Positions 41,324 to 51,047 of a stretch of DNA of 64,000 bases are shown here, piece by piece. Below the pieces are notes generated by a model. It was not told the origin of the DNA and searched no databases. It worked only from the letters and a program-made list of their open reading frames with translations. Positions within the stretch are counted from its first letter, which is position 1. Each line of letters begins with the position of its first letter. The stretch is from an uncultured Lutimaribacter sp. (GTDB lineage: Bacteria > Pseudomonadota > Alphaproteobacteria > Rhodobacterales > Rhodobacteraceae), in NCBI GenBank assembly GCA_913061505.1, contig CAJXSO010000012.1:1480-65479 (forward strand), written 5' to 3'. The translations under genes were made by a program, and so were the position numbers.

Positions 41324-42088
41324 TTAGGCCGCAGGCGGCGGGGCCACGCGCAGGCGCAGCGCCTCGATCAGCTGCGCATGGGGCATATCGGCCTCGATCG
41401 CCAGGCGGCGCAGGCCAAAATGCACATGCGCCATTTCCTGATAATAGCTGGTATAGGCGTAATTCGTGGCAGCCCCGGCCACCGCCCCCAGCACCGGCAC
41501 GGTTTGCGCCGCCAGCTTCTGCCCCAGGGCCGCGGCAAAGCGCGGCGCCACGCTGGCAACCAGGCGCTGCACCGTGGCGCCTGTCAATGTCAGCCGCGCG
41601 GCCAAAAACGCCAGATCCGAGCCGTCATCATGGGCCAAAGGGCCCGCGCTGGCCAAGACCCGCAGGCAATCGAACTGCACATTCTCGGCGCGCGGGTCAA
41701 AACCATGCTCGACCGCCACACCCTGAATGGCGCCCAAGATGACACAAGTTGTCACGGGCAATTCCGCCATCGCACTGGGCAAGCCGCCAAAGCCGCCCGC
41801 CGCCCCCATCACCGTGCTCAGCGCGGTATTCAGCCATCGCGGTTGTGGCCCCACAGCCTGATGCGCGCTGTGCGAGGCCCGCAGCGCCAGCAGCAAGGCC
41901 TGCTCGGTTGCGCCATCAAGCCGCGTGCGTAGCGGCGCAGGCAGGCGGCCCAGCAGCCCCTCGGCCTGCCCGCCCAGATGGTTCAGCACCGCCATGCCCA
42001 CACCGCCCGCATTGCTGTAGCGCCGGGCCAACGCGTTTAATTCGGCCTCGACATCGATGGGCTGAATGGGCCTGGTTTCTATCTGCAT
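41324..42088 (-). CDS. EcsC-family protein
   Basis: 254 aa from ATG 42088. Gly/Ala-rich amphipathic layout with ...ATNYAYTSYYQEMAHVHFGLRRL at the C-terminus, as in EcsC-family proteins. Assignment is from memory of the family. Confidence 0.55.
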   Translation of the reverse strand: MQIETRPIQPIDVEAELNALARRYSNAGGVGMAVLNHLGGQAEGLLGRLPAPLRTRLDGATEQALLLALRASHSAHQAVGPQPRWLNTALSTVMGAAGGFGGLPSAMAELPVTTCVILGAIQGVAVEHGFDPRAENVQFDCLRVLASAGPLAHDDGSDLAFLAARLTLTGATVQRLVASVAPRFAAALGQKLAAQTVPVLGAVAGAATNYAYTSYYQEMAHVHFGLRRLAIEADMPHAQLIEALRLRVAPPPAA

Positions 42089-42142
42089 GCGTGGCGCTCC
42101 TTTGCAGCAACAGATCGGGGGGCGCCGGGCCAGATTCAAGGC

Positions 42143-42652
42143 CTAACCGCTGGCAGCTGCGCCAGTTGGGCTGCGGGTGACGGCGCCGCTGACCCCATCC
42201 CAGGCGCCGGCCACCAGATCTTGGCCCAAAACCCGCTCGGGGTTGGTGGGGGGCGGCATCACAACGCCGGATAGTTTTTCAAACCCAAAGCGTTTGTAAT
42301 AGGGCGCATCGCCCACCAACATCACCCGCGTCCAGCCACTGGCCCGCGCCCGTGCCAATGAATCGCGGATCAACAGGCCACCCAGCCCCTCGCCCTGCCG
42401 GGTGGGGTGCACCGCAACCGGCCCCAGCAACAGCGCCTGGTGCTGCCCCCCCACCAAAACCGGCCAAAACCGTATGGCACCTGCCAAAATCCCATCGCCA
42501 TCGCGCGCAACCAGCGACAAGCCAGCCACCGGCGGCACGCCATCGCGCAAACGGTAGCTAGACAGCGCCATGCGCCCCGGCGCAAAGCACAGGTCATAGA
42601 GGGCTTCGACCTCCCACCAGTCTTGTGCGGTTTCTGCAGCCAGTTCAAACAC
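42143..42652 (-). CDS. GNAT N-acetyltransferase (YhbS-like)
   Basis: VAVHPTRQGEGLGGLLIRDSLARARASGWTRVMLVGDAPYYKRFGF. GTG 42652 is preceded by AAAGAGG; the track ORF extends to 42727. Confidence 0.75.
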   Translation of the reverse strand: MFELAAETAQDWWEVEALYDLCFAPGRMALSSYRLRDGVPPVAGLSLVARDGDGILAGAIRFWPVLVGGQHQALLLGPVAVHPTRQGEGLGGLLIRDSLARARASGWTRVMLVGDAPYYKRFGFEKLSGVVMPPPTNPERVLGQDLVAGAWDGVSGAVTRSPTGAAASG

Positions 42653-42725
42653 GCGCGCCTCTTTGCGATTCAGGTAGAAAGCGGGGTAGCATGGCGCTAG
42701 GTCTGGCACAAACGATGAAGGGAGC

Positions 42726-43337
42726 ATGCATTTGTTTTACGAACCAAAAAATGGCCATGGCCTGCCACACAACCCCTATAACGCGATCGTCACCCCCCGG
42801 CCCATTGGCTGGATTTCGACGCGCGGCACCGATGGTGTGGATAACCTGGCGCCCTATTCTTTTTTCAACGCCACAGCCTATGTGCCGCCGCAGGTGATGT
42901 TTGCCTCGACCGGGCACAAAGCCGATCGCGGCGATAGCAAAGACAGCGTGGGCAATATCCGCGATACCGGGGTTTTTTGTGTAAATATCGTAGAATACGC
43001 CATGCGCGACGCCATGAACACCAGCTCGAAAACCCTGCCAGCTGAGCGCAGCGAATTTGACGAGGCCGGGCTGGAACGGGCCGAATGCGAAACCATCGCC
43101 TGCGCGCGCGTGGCAGCGGCACCTGCGGCGCTGGAATGCACCTTGATCGATATCATCCAGCAACGCGGCGAAAATAATTTCCTGGTGCTGGGCGAGGTGA
43201 CCGGCATTCACATGCGCGACGATTGCCTGGTAGATGGGATTTTCGACATCACCCGCTTTCAGCCCTTGGCGCGGCTTGGCTATCGCGATTATTCGGTCGT
43301 GCGCGATCTTTTCGCACTGGCCCGCCCCGACGATTAA
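42726..43337 (+). CDS. Flavin reductase-like (FMN-binding split-barrel) protein
   Basis: NAIVTPRPIGWISTRGTDGVDNLAPYSFFNA is the typical flavin-reductase-domain N-terminus. Confidence 0.8.
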   Translation: MHLFYEPKNGHGLPHNPYNAIVTPRPIGWISTRGTDGVDNLAPYSFFNATAYVPPQVMFASTGHKADRGDSKDSVGNIRDTGVFCVNIVEYAMRDAMNTSSKTLPAERSEFDEAGLERAECETIACARVAAAPAALECTLIDIIQQRGENNFLVLGEVTGIHMRDDCLVDGIFDITRFQPLARLGYRDYSVVRDLFALARPDD

Positions 43338-43382
43338 GCCAATAGCGCAGGGCGCGCCGGCGCGCCCTGCCCGTTTGGGGCA

Positions 43383-43973
43383 TCAAGACTGCAAGGATCG
43401 CAGCCAAAATTGCAGCTCTTTGGCGGTTTCACCGGGCTGATCCACGTCTTTCCAATCAAAACGCGCGCGCACGCCCGGCAGGGGCTGGTAGCCACGCTTG
43501 CGCCAAAACCCATCCAAGGGCTGGTAATCGGCCGGGCGCAGCGGGTGGTTTTCGGGGCGTTCCACCCCGCAAAACGCCACTTGGGAAAAGCCCAAGGCGC
43601 GGGCGTGGGCCTCGCGGTGATCAAAAAACTGATGACCAATGCCGCGCCCACGATAGCCCGGCAACAGCACAGATTCGGCGCAGTAAAAAATCTGCGCCAT
43701 ATCAAACCCGCTGCCTGCAAAGGCGGCGGCGAAATCATCGGCATGATCGGCCAGCGGCGTGCCCGTGGCCGCGCCCACCAGATCTGTGCCATCAAAGGCC
43801 CCCACCAAAACCGCATGCGCGCTTTGGCGATAGGTTTCCAGATAGCGGCGCTCGTAGTCTAAATCGCCATCATAAAGATAGGGCCATGCCCGAAACACCG
43901 AAATGCGCAGCCGCGCCACATCGTCGAGTGCCGCATCCAACGCATCCCCGGTCAGGGGGCGCACCGTGATCAT
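43383..43973 (-). CDS. GNAT-family N-acetyltransferase
   Basis: MITVRPLTGDALDAALDDVARLRISVFRAWPYLYDG...LLPGYRGRGIGHQFF (acetyl-CoA motif). Confidence 0.75.
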   Translation of the reverse strand: MITVRPLTGDALDAALDDVARLRISVFRAWPYLYDGDLDYERRYLETYRQSAHAVLVGAFDGTDLVGAATGTPLADHADDFAAAFAGSGFDMAQIFYCAESVLLPGYRGRGIGHQFFDHREAHARALGFSQVAFCGVERPENHPLRPADYQPLDGFWRKRGYQPLPGVRARFDWKDVDQPGETAKELQFWLRSLQS

Positions 43974-44380
43974 GCAGCCGATACCTGCGCCACCCAATCA
44001 GACAGGTTGTAATAGGTCACAACCCGGGTGATTTGGCCGTTTTCCAACGAAAAGAACGAGCCCGCAGGCAGGCGGTAGGTTTGCCCATGCGCCTGCGGCA
44101 GGCCGGCATCGGTGTGCAGATAGGTGCCATTTACCACGTATTCCGCTGCGGCACGTGTGCCATCAGCGCTGGCCATAATGACCATATCGGTCAGGTTTTC
44201 CTGGTAGCAGCGGCTCATATGGGCGCAAAATTCGGCAAAGGCGGCCTTGCCCTGGCGAATATTGCCCTCGTTCACATGATGGGCCACATCATCTGACAGG
44301 CAGGCCAGCATGGCATCGGTATTGCCTGCATTGAAGGCCTCGAAATAACGTTGCACGGTGGCTTGGGCAGTATCAGACAT
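43970..44380 (-). CDS. SnoaL/NTF2-like (ketosteroid-isomerase-fold) protein
   Basis: MSDTAQATVQRYFEAFNAGNTDAMLACLSDDVAHH. ATGA overlap with the downstream GNAT gene. Confidence 0.75.
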   Translation of the reverse strand: MSDTAQATVQRYFEAFNAGNTDAMLACLSDDVAHHVNEGNIRQGKAAFAEFCAHMSRCYQENLTDMVIMASADGTRAAAEYVVNGTYLHTDAGLPQAHGQTYRLPAGSFFSLENGQITRVVTYYNLSDWVAQVSAA

Positions 44381-44440
44381 GGCGCACTCCTGGTGATGAT
44401 GGGCGTGGGGTAGCAGGCTTTTGCAGCGTTTGACTGGCTG

Positions 44441-44462
44441 GAAACGGGCATTTTTCTGCCCG
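44441..44462 (-). terminator. Possible weak terminator downstream of the LMW-phosphatase gene
   Basis: CGGGCA-GAAAAA-TGCCCG hairpin on the minus strand followed by TTTCC. The stem and T-run are both short. Confidence 0.3.
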
Positions 44463-44481
44463 ACTGCGACTTTGGCTGCGC

Positions 44482-44943
44482 TTAATCGGCTGTGCGCGGC
44501 GGGCCCCAACGGCGGATCAGGTTTTCAACCACTTGATCGCGGCTTTGGCGATAGGCGTCTAACTTGGCCTCGCGGGTTTCGCCAAGGCCGGTTGGGTCCA
44601 TGATCGGCCAATATTCCACCTCTAGGTGAAACACCCGCGTCAGTTCCAGCGCTTGGCGTTGGCTGGCAGGCGACAGCGCCACAACCAGATCAAAGGCCGA
44701 CAGATCATCGCCCCATTCTTTCAGCTGCTCGAAACTGCGCGAGCGGTGGCGCGACAGCTCGACCCCGATTTCCTGGCACACAGCAATGGCAAACCCATCG
44801 ATTTCCAGATCGCTTTTCACCCCGACCGATTGCACATAGGTATCGGCGCCATAGAATTTTTTCATGATGCCCTCGGCCATAGGCGAGCGCACCGCGTTGT
44901 AATCACAACAAAAAAGCACCGATTGGGGTAACGCGTCGGTCAC
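44482..44943 (-). CDS. Low-molecular-weight phosphotyrosine phosphatase / ArsC-like protein
   Basis: Active-site loop VLFCCDYNAVRSPMAEG (CX5R(S/T)). Confidence 0.8.
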   Translation of the reverse strand: MTDALPQSVLFCCDYNAVRSPMAEGIMKKFYGADTYVQSVGVKSDLEIDGFAIAVCQEIGVELSRHRSRSFEQLKEWGDDLSAFDLVVALSPASQRQALELTRVFHLEVEYWPIMDPTGLGETREAKLDAYRQSRDQVVENLIRRWGPPRTAD

Positions 44944-44944
44944 A

Positions 44945-45424
44945 TCAACCCCCGAAATGCAAAACGCAGATCAAGGTAAACAGGCGGCGGGCGGTATCGT
45001 TATCGATCTCGGCCTTGCCTTCCAGGCGCTCGATCAGAATGCGCGCGCCCTCGTTATGAATGCCCCGGCGGGCCATATCGATGGTTTCAATCTGGCTGGG
45101 GGGCAGGTTGCGCACCGCGTCGAAATAGCTTTCGCAAATGGCCCAGTAATCTTTCACAACCTGGCGAAAGGGCGACAGCGACAGGTGGAATTCCGCCGCC
45201 TTATCGCCTGCCTCGGTCAAGATATCGAAAACCAGCCGTTTTTCGCGGATCGACAAGCCCACCCTAAAGGGGCCTTCGGGCACGATACGGTCGTCGCGTT
45301 TGGGCAGATCAAAGTGGTTTTCTTCCAGCAAATCGAACATGGCAACCTTGCGCTCTTGCTCGATTTCCGGTGTGGGCGGCGGCAGATTCGCGTCGTCCAG
45401 TTCGATATGACTGATATAGCCCAT
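44945..45424 (-). CDS. UPF0262-family protein
   Basis: ATG 45424 (MGYISHIELDDANLPPPTPEIEQERKVAMFDLLEENHF...). Conserved alphaproteobacterial neighbour of hisD. Confidence 0.75.
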   Translation of the reverse strand: MGYISHIELDDANLPPPTPEIEQERKVAMFDLLEENHFDLPKRDDRIVPEGPFRVGLSIREKRLVFDILTEAGDKAAEFHLSLSPFRQVVKDYWAICESYFDAVRNLPPSQIETIDMARRGIHNEGARILIERLEGKAEIDNDTARRLFTLICVLHFGG

Positions 45425-45517
45425 GTCATGGTCTCCCGAAACGTATCTGCTGCGCCTAGCCCATTGGCCGTGCAAAAGCAATGCACCAGCCATGCCAAGC
45501 CCCGCGCGCCTTGGGGC

Positions 45518-46819
45518 TTATTCGTTCAAGCGGTTCAGCCGCGCGCGCACGCTGAGGCCATGCGCCTCGAGGCTTTCAGAGATGGCCAGCGTTTCCGCAG
45601 CAGGCCCGATGGCCTTTAGCGCCTCGGGCGTCATTTGCGCCAGCGTTGTGCGCTTCATGAAATCGAGCACCCCCAACCCCGAGGAAAACCGCGCCGAGCG
45701 CGCCGTGGGCAACACGTGGTTCGGCCCGCCCACGTAATCGCCAATAGCCTCGGGCGTGAAGGCCCCCAGAAAAATGGCGCCTGCATGGGTGATCTTGGCG
45801 CTATAGGCCAGCGGATCTGCCACCAGCAGTTCCAGATGCTCGGGCGCCACGCGGTTGGAAAGCGCCGCGGCCATGTCTAGATCGGGCACTGTGATGATGG
45901 CGCCATAATCACGCCAGCTGGGCCCGGCGATATGGCGCCGCTCGAGCGTGGCAAGGTTGCGATCAACCGCCACGGCCACGGCGCGTGCCATAGCCGGGCT
46001 ATCGGTGATCAAGATGGATTGCGCGCTTTCGTCATGTTCGGCCTGGCTGAGCAGATCAAGGGCGATCCAATCGGGGTCGTTATCGCCATCGGCAATCACC
46101 AGAATTTCCGAGGGGCCCGCGATCATGTCGATGCCCACTTTGCCAAACACCCGCCGCTTGGCAGCCGCCACATAGGCGTTGCCCGGGCCGGTGATTTTAT
46201 CGACCGGCGCGATGGTTTCGGTGCCATAGGCCAGCGCTGCAATCGCCTGCGCGCCGCCGATGCGGTAAATTTCATCCACACCCGCCAGCTGCGCCGCCAG
46301 CAAAACCAGCGGGTTGGCCTGCCCATCGGGGGTGGGCACGGTGATGGCCAGGCGCGAAACGCCCGCCACTTTGGCGGGAATGGCATTCATCAACACAGAC
46401 GACGGGTAGCTGGCCAGCCCCCCCGGCACGTAAAGCCCGGCGGCGCTGACAGGTGTCCAGCGCCAGCCCAGCATTGCGCCCGTTTCATCCTGCCAGCTGG
46501 CATCTTCGGGCAATTGGCGCTGGTGGTAGGCGCGAATACGCTCGGCCGCCAATTCCAGCGCGGCACGCTCATGCGCGGGCACCTGCGCCACCAGCGCATC
46601 GATTTCCGCATCGCTAAACCGCAGGCTGCCCGCATCCAGCTGCAGGCGGTCAAATTTTGCGGTCAGCTCGACCAGCGCGGCATCGCCGCGGCTGCGCACA
46701 TCGGCAATAATGGCCGCAACAGCCTGATCCACATCGGGGCTGTCTTCGCGTTTTGCCCCCAAAAGGGCGGTAAAACGGGCCTCGAAATCGGCTTCGCTGG
46801 CATCCAGAAACTGTGGCAT
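45518..46819 (-). CDS. hisD: Histidinol dehydrogenase
   Basis: ATG 46819 (MPQFLDASEADFEARF). Motifs IDMIAGPSEILVIAD, SQAEHDE, HLELL. 433 aa. Confidence 0.95.
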   Translation of the reverse strand: MPQFLDASEADFEARFTALLGAKREDSPDVDQAVAAIIADVRSRGDAALVELTAKFDRLQLDAGSLRFSDAEIDALVAQVPAHERAALELAAERIRAYHQRQLPEDASWQDETGAMLGWRWTPVSAAGLYVPGGLASYPSSVLMNAIPAKVAGVSRLAITVPTPDGQANPLVLLAAQLAGVDEIYRIGGAQAIAALAYGTETIAPVDKITGPGNAYVAAAKRRVFGKVGIDMIAGPSEILVIADGDNDPDWIALDLLSQAEHDESAQSILITDSPAMARAVAVAVDRNLATLERRHIAGPSWRDYGAIITVPDLDMAAALSNRVAPEHLELLVADPLAYSAKITHAGAIFLGAFTPEAIGDYVGGPNHVLPTARSARFSSGLGVLDFMKRTTLAQMTPEALKAIGPAAETLAISESLEAHGLSVRARLNRLNE

Positions 46820-46886
46820 TCTTGGCAGTCCTTTTTGGTTGCGCCCCTGATAGCGGCAGGCGCGCCCCGGCTCAAGCCAGCAATGC

Positions 46887-47357
46887 CTATACCCCGTGGT
46901 CGGGGCGGCGCCCCGAGGGCGCGGCATAGGGGCGTGTGACATCGCGCAGGCTGACATCCAGCGCCTCTAGCTGCAGGCGGATGGCGCCATCGCCGGCCAG
47001 GGTCAGCAGCACCTCGCCCGAGGGCGCCGAAGTTTCGCGCCATTCCAGCGACAGCAGCGACAGCACCATATCTGCCGCCCCGCGCGCCACGCCTTGGCTG
47101 GCCACCTTTTGCACCGTGTCAAAAACCAGCAGCGATTGCACCCGTTCCGGGCCCAATTGGGCGCGGGCGCCATTTTCCCAGCGAAACCTGTTGAGCAAAA
47201 TCGCAAAGCGGCGCGCGCGTGGCTGCCATGCAATTTCTGATGCAGGAAACACGGCATCCTGCACCAGCGCCGAAATCACCGCCAGATCATCGCCATCCAT
47301 CGCGCCCAGGTTCAACGGCGCTTCGCGGCCATCCTCGAAACGCGCGTCGTTGCTCAT
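46887..47357 (-). CDS. DUF2948-family protein
   Basis: [47 protein letters not shown]. 4-nt overlap with the murA stop. Confidence 0.75.
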   Translation of the reverse strand: MSNDARFEDGREAPLNLGAMDGDDLAVISALVQDAVFPASEIAWQPRARRFAILLNRFRWENGARAQLGPERVQSLLVFDTVQKVASQGVARGAADMVLSLLSLEWRETSAPSGEVLLTLAGDGAIRLQLEALDVSLRDVTRPYAAPSGRRPDHGV

Positions 47358-48625
47358 TGGCCCGACACCCGTTCGATATGAGCACCAACATTGCCCAGCT
47401 TTTCTTCTACCCGCTCATAGCCACGATCAAGATGGTAGACGCGGTTCACGATGGTTTCCCCCTCGGCGGCAAGCCCCGCCAGAATCAACGAAACCGAGGC
47501 GCGCAGATCGGTGGCCATCACCGGCGCGCCCTTTAGCCGCTCGACCCCGGTCACACGGGCGGTGCCGCCATGCACATCGATCTTGGCGCCCATGCGCATC
47601 AATTCCGGCGCATGCATAAAGCGATTCTCGAAGATCTTTTCTTCCAGCACGCTGGTGCCCTCTGCGGTGCACAGCAGCGCCATCATCTGCGCCTGCAAAT
47701 CAGTGGGAAAGCCGGGAAACGGCTCGGTTGCCACGTCAACCGCGCGCACGCGGCCATTCTTGCGGCTGACTTTCAGCCCATTTGGGGTTTCTTCCACCGA
47801 AACGCCCGCGGCATCCAGTTTCTCGCAAAACGCACCCACCAATTCGATGGTGCCACCCAAACATTCAACCGTGCCGCCACAAATGGCGGGCGCCAGCATA
47901 TAGGTGCCCAGCTCGATTCGGTCGGTCACAACAGGGTGGGTGGCGCCATGCAGCCGGTCTACACCCTGAATGGTCAGCGTATCTGTGCCCTCGCCCGAAA
48001 TCTGCGCGCCCATCTTACGCAAACACCGCGCCAGATCCACGATCTCGGGTTCGCGGGCTGCGTTTTGGATAACGGTGGTGCCCTTGGCCAAGGTGGCCGC
48101 CATCAGCGCGTTTTCCGTGGCCCCCACAGACACAAAGGGAAAGGCAATCGTGCCCCCCCGCAGCCGCCCGCCGGGCGCACGGGCATGAACATAGCCCTCT
48201 TTCAATTCCAGCTCGGCGCCCATCGCCTCGAGCGCCTGCAAATGCAGATCAACCGGGCGCGCACCGATGGCGCAGCCGCCGGGCAGCGACACAATAGCAT
48301 GCCCATCGCGCGCCAGCATTGGCCCCAAAACCAAGATCGAGGCGCGCATCTTGCGCACGATATCGTAATCGGCCCGGTGATTGGAAATGCTATGGCTGGT
48401 CATCGCCAGCACCTTGCCATCCTGCATCGCCGCCACCTCGGCCCCGAGCGAGCGCAACAGCTGCGTCATGGTGCGAATATCAGACAAGCGCGGCGCGTTT
48501 GTCAGCGTCAGCGGCTCTTCGCTTAACAATGTGGCAGGCATCAACGTCAGACAGGCGTTTTTGGCACCAGCAATCGGGATTTGGCCATTCAAGGCGCCAT
48601 TCCCCCGCACAATAATCGAATCCAT
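47354..48625 (-). CDS. murA: UDP-N-acetylglucosamine 1-carboxyvinyltransferase
   Basis: [24 protein letters not shown]..., active-site loop [15 protein letters not shown]. 423 aa. Confidence 0.95.
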   Translation of the reverse strand: MDSIIVRGNGALNGQIPIAGAKNACLTLMPATLLSEEPLTLTNAPRLSDIRTMTQLLRSLGAEVAAMQDGKVLAMTSHSISNHRADYDIVRKMRASILVLGPMLARDGHAIVSLPGGCAIGARPVDLHLQALEAMGAELELKEGYVHARAPGGRLRGGTIAFPFVSVGATENALMAATLAKGTTVIQNAAREPEIVDLARCLRKMGAQISGEGTDTLTIQGVDRLHGATHPVVTDRIELGTYMLAPAICGGTVECLGGTIELVGAFCEKLDAAGVSVEETPNGLKVSRKNGRVRAVDVATEPFPGFPTDLQAQMMALLCTAEGTSVLEEKIFENRFMHAPELMRMGAKIDVHGGTARVTGVERLKGAPVMATDLRASVSLILAGLAAEGETIVNRVYHLDRGYERVEEKLGNVGAHIERVSGQ

Positions 48626-48789
48626 CAGCCTTTGTCCTTTTGCTCTGCCTCATCACCATCCCGATGGGCCGCCCGGGCACGGGCCTGCGCCTTGCGCCGG
48701 GCCATATTGGCCTTTAGCGCCGCCTTCAACCGCGCTTCGCGGTCGGCATCCTTTTTCGAAGGTGATTTGCCATTGTTTTTGCTGTTCAT
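48625..48789 (-). CDS. Small (54 aa) highly basic protein, translationally coupled to murA (DUF4169-like?)
   Basis: Not in the ORF track because it is under 60 aa. Hand translation: [54 protein letters not shown]. Its TGA shares one nucleotide with the murA ATG (TGATG). Confidence 0.5.
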   Translation of the reverse strand: MNSKNNGKSPSKKDADREARLKAALKANMARRKAQARARAAHRDGDEAEQKDKG

Positions 48790-48874
48790 GCACTTTGTCT
48801 ACATGAGGGAAAAAAAAGCGTCCAGATAAGGCTTGCACAGCATTCGTTTTGCGTCTAATCAGCCGCCCACCGAC

Positions 48875-48949
<75 letters not shown>

Positions 48950-49006
48950 TTTCCCCCGACAGCATTCCCCGCCAACCGCCGCACAGCCGCATACCATTCC
49001 GGCACA

Positions 49007-49056
49007 CCGCCCCGGAAAACCATTCCGCTGGTGCGCCGTGGGGCGGCTTTTGTTTT
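49007..49056 (+). terminator. Possible terminator after tRNA-Thr
   Basis: CCGCCCC (49007-13) pairs with GGGGCGG (49040-46). The 26-nt loop may form an alternative inner GCCG/CGGC stem. The hairpin is followed by CTTTTGTTTT. Confidence 0.35.
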
Positions 49057-49102
49057 GGGCCGCTTCTTGTTTGTTCGGGGCAGGCATTCTACATCACATG
49101 CC

Positions 49103-49906
49103 ATGAAACGCTTTATCCCCTTTGTAAAAGCCAACCCGCTGGTCAATGTGGTGCGTCTGTCCGGTGTCATCGGGGCGGGCCCGCGCGCGGCATTGTCAGA
49201 CGAGGGGCTGGCCCGCGTGCTGAGCCGCGCCTTTACCAAGGGCAAGCCCAGTGCCGTGGCGCTGGTGATCAACTCGCCCGGCGGATCGCCGGTGCAATCG
49301 GCCTTGATCGGCCAGCGCATTCGCCGCCTGGCCGCGCAGCACACGGTGCCTGTGCATGCCTTTGTCGAGGATGTGGCGGCATCGGGCGGGTATTGGTTGG
49401 CTTGCGCCGCAGATCAGATCTATGCAGATCGCGCCTCGATTATCGGATCGATCGGGGTGATTTCGGCAAGCTTTGGCGCCCATGAATTGCTGGCCCGCCA
49501 AGGGGTAGAGCGGCGGGTCTATACCGCCGGCGCCTCGAAATCGATGCTCGATCCGTTTCGCCCCGAAAACCCCGATGATGTGGCGCGACTGAAAACCATT
49601 TTGGGCCAGATGCACGGCGTTTTCATCGACTGGGTGCAACAGCGGCGCGGTGAAAAACTGCAAGCTGCGGGCGATACGCCCCTGTTTGAGGGCGATATCT
49701 GGATGGGCGAGGGCGCCCAAAAGCTGGGCCTGATCGATGGTATTGGCCATATGGAAGATGTGATGAAAGAAAGATTTGGGCCCAAAACCCGCTTTGCCTG
49801 GCACAGCCGCAGGCGCCCCATGTTCCAGCGTTTTGGCATGCAGCTGGCGCAAGATGCGTTGGGCGGCATCGAGGAACGCGCCGCCTTTGCCAGGTTTGGG
49901 CTGTAA
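49103..49906 (+). CDS. sppA: S49-family serine peptidase (SppA, 36K type)
   Basis: ATG 49103 (MKRFIPFVKANPLVNVVRLSGVIG...). LVINSPGGSPVQS, AASGGYWLACAADQIYA (catalytic Ser), and a later Lys region. Confidence 0.85.
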   Translation: MKRFIPFVKANPLVNVVRLSGVIGAGPRAALSDEGLARVLSRAFTKGKPSAVALVINSPGGSPVQSALIGQRIRRLAAQHTVPVHAFVEDVAASGGYWLACAADQIYADRASIIGSIGVISASFGAHELLARQGVERRVYTAGASKSMLDPFRPENPDDVARLKTILGQMHGVFIDWVQQRRGEKLQAAGDTPLFEGDIWMGEGAQKLGLIDGIGHMEDVMKERFGPKTRFAWHSRRRPMFQRFGMQLAQDALGGIEERAAFARFGL

Positions 49907-49907
49907 G

Positions 49908-50075
49908 ATGCTAAGCAAAATCGTAGCATTGTTTTTGGTGGGCATGGCCGTGTTGGCGATGTTTGGAAAGCTGCGCTTTCCCGGCCAAAAAGCCCTGCGC
50001 GCCCGCCGCTGCACCGCCTGTGGGCGGCTGAAACTGGGCAAAGCGCCCTGCCCCTGCCAAAAAGGATCCAGCTGA
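49908..50075 (+). CDS. Small (55 aa) membrane-anchored Cys-rich protein
   Basis: ATG 49908, 1 nt after the sppA stop. MLSKIVALFLVGMAVLAMFGKLRFPGQKALRARRCTACGRLKLGKAPCPCQKGSS: one TM helix plus a CxxC...CxC tail. It ends 2 nt before the next gene. Confidence 0.45.
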   Translation: MLSKIVALFLVGMAVLAMFGKLRFPGQKALRARRCTACGRLKLGKAPCPCQKGSS

Positions 50076-50077
50076 TT

Positions 50078-51025
50078 ATGGAATGGTTGCTTGTGGGGCT
50101 TGGCCTGCTGATTTTGCTGTTGGCCGGCGATGCCTTGGTAAAGGGGGCGGTCAACCTGGCCCTGCGCATCGGCATTCCGGCGCTGATCGTCAGCCTGACA
50201 ATCGTGGCCTTTGGCACCTCGGCGCCAGAGCTGCTGATTTCGGTCAAAGCCGCCATCGAAGGCGTGCCCGGCATTGCCATGGGCAATGTTGTGGGATCGA
50301 ATACCGCGAATATTTTGCTGGTTTTGGGCATACCGGCGATGTTGGCCACCATGCACACCCACAAATGCGAAACCCGCAAAAGCTTTTTGCAGATGATCGC
50401 GGCCTCGGTTTTGTTCATTGCGCTGGCCTTTAGTGGCAGCTTCACCTGGGTATCGGGGGTGGTGTTGCTGGGCGCTTTGGTGCTGATCATGGGCCTGGCC
50501 GCGCGCGATGCCCAAGCCCACCGCAAAGCCGGCCAAACCGCCGAGGATGACGAAGACCCCGAAGGCGCCGACCCAAATATGCCCTGGTGGCGCATTCTGG
50601 GCTTTTTGGCCCTGGGCCTTGTGGGCCTGCCCTTGGGCGCTGATTTGCTGGTGGATAATGCCGTGATCATCGCGCGCGATTTTGGCGTCAGCGAAACCGT
50701 GATCGGGCTGACGCTGGTGGCCATTGGCACCTCGCTGCCCGAACTGGCCACCACAGTCATGGCCGCGCTGCGCCGTCAGGCGGATGTGGCCCTGGGCAAT
50801 GTGATCGGATCAAATATATTTAACCTGCTGGGCATTATCGGCGTGGCCGCGCTGGTGGCCCCCATTCCCGTCGCGCCCGAGTTTTTATCCTATGATCTTT
50901 GGGTCATGTTGGGCGCCTCGCTGTTGTTGGTGCCATTTGTGTTTTTTGGCAAAGATATCACCTGGAAATGGGGCTTGGCCTTGACCGCCCTGTATTTGGG
51001 CTATGCTGTCAGCGTATTGATCTGA
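50078..51025 (+). CDS. Ca2+/Na+ antiporter (CaCA family, YrbG-like)
   Basis: Two alpha-repeats: GTSAPELLISV...GNVVGSNTANILLVLG and GTSLPELATTV...GNVIGSNIFNLLGIIG. Confidence 0.9.
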   Translation: MEWLLVGLGLLILLLAGDALVKGAVNLALRIGIPALIVSLTIVAFGTSAPELLISVKAAIEGVPGIAMGNVVGSNTANILLVLGIPAMLATMHTHKCETRKSFLQMIAASVLFIALAFSGSFTWVSGVVLLGALVLIMGLAARDAQAHRKAGQTAEDDEDPEGADPNMPWWRILGFLALGLVGLPLGADLLVDNAVIIARDFGVSETVIGLTLVAIGTSLPELATTVMAALRRQADVALGNVIGSNIFNLLGIIGVAALVAPIPVAPEFLSYDLWVMLGASLLLVPFVFFGKDITWKWGLALTALYLGYAVSVLI

Positions 51026-51047
51026 TAGCGGCATAAAGGCGGATAAA

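Noticed and set aside
49196-50760. Two long minus-strand ORFs (446 and 413 aa) across sppA, the mini-ORF and the CaCA antiporter
   Set aside because: Low-complexity shadow frames. The plus-strand genes carry the S49 and CaCA alpha-repeat signatures.
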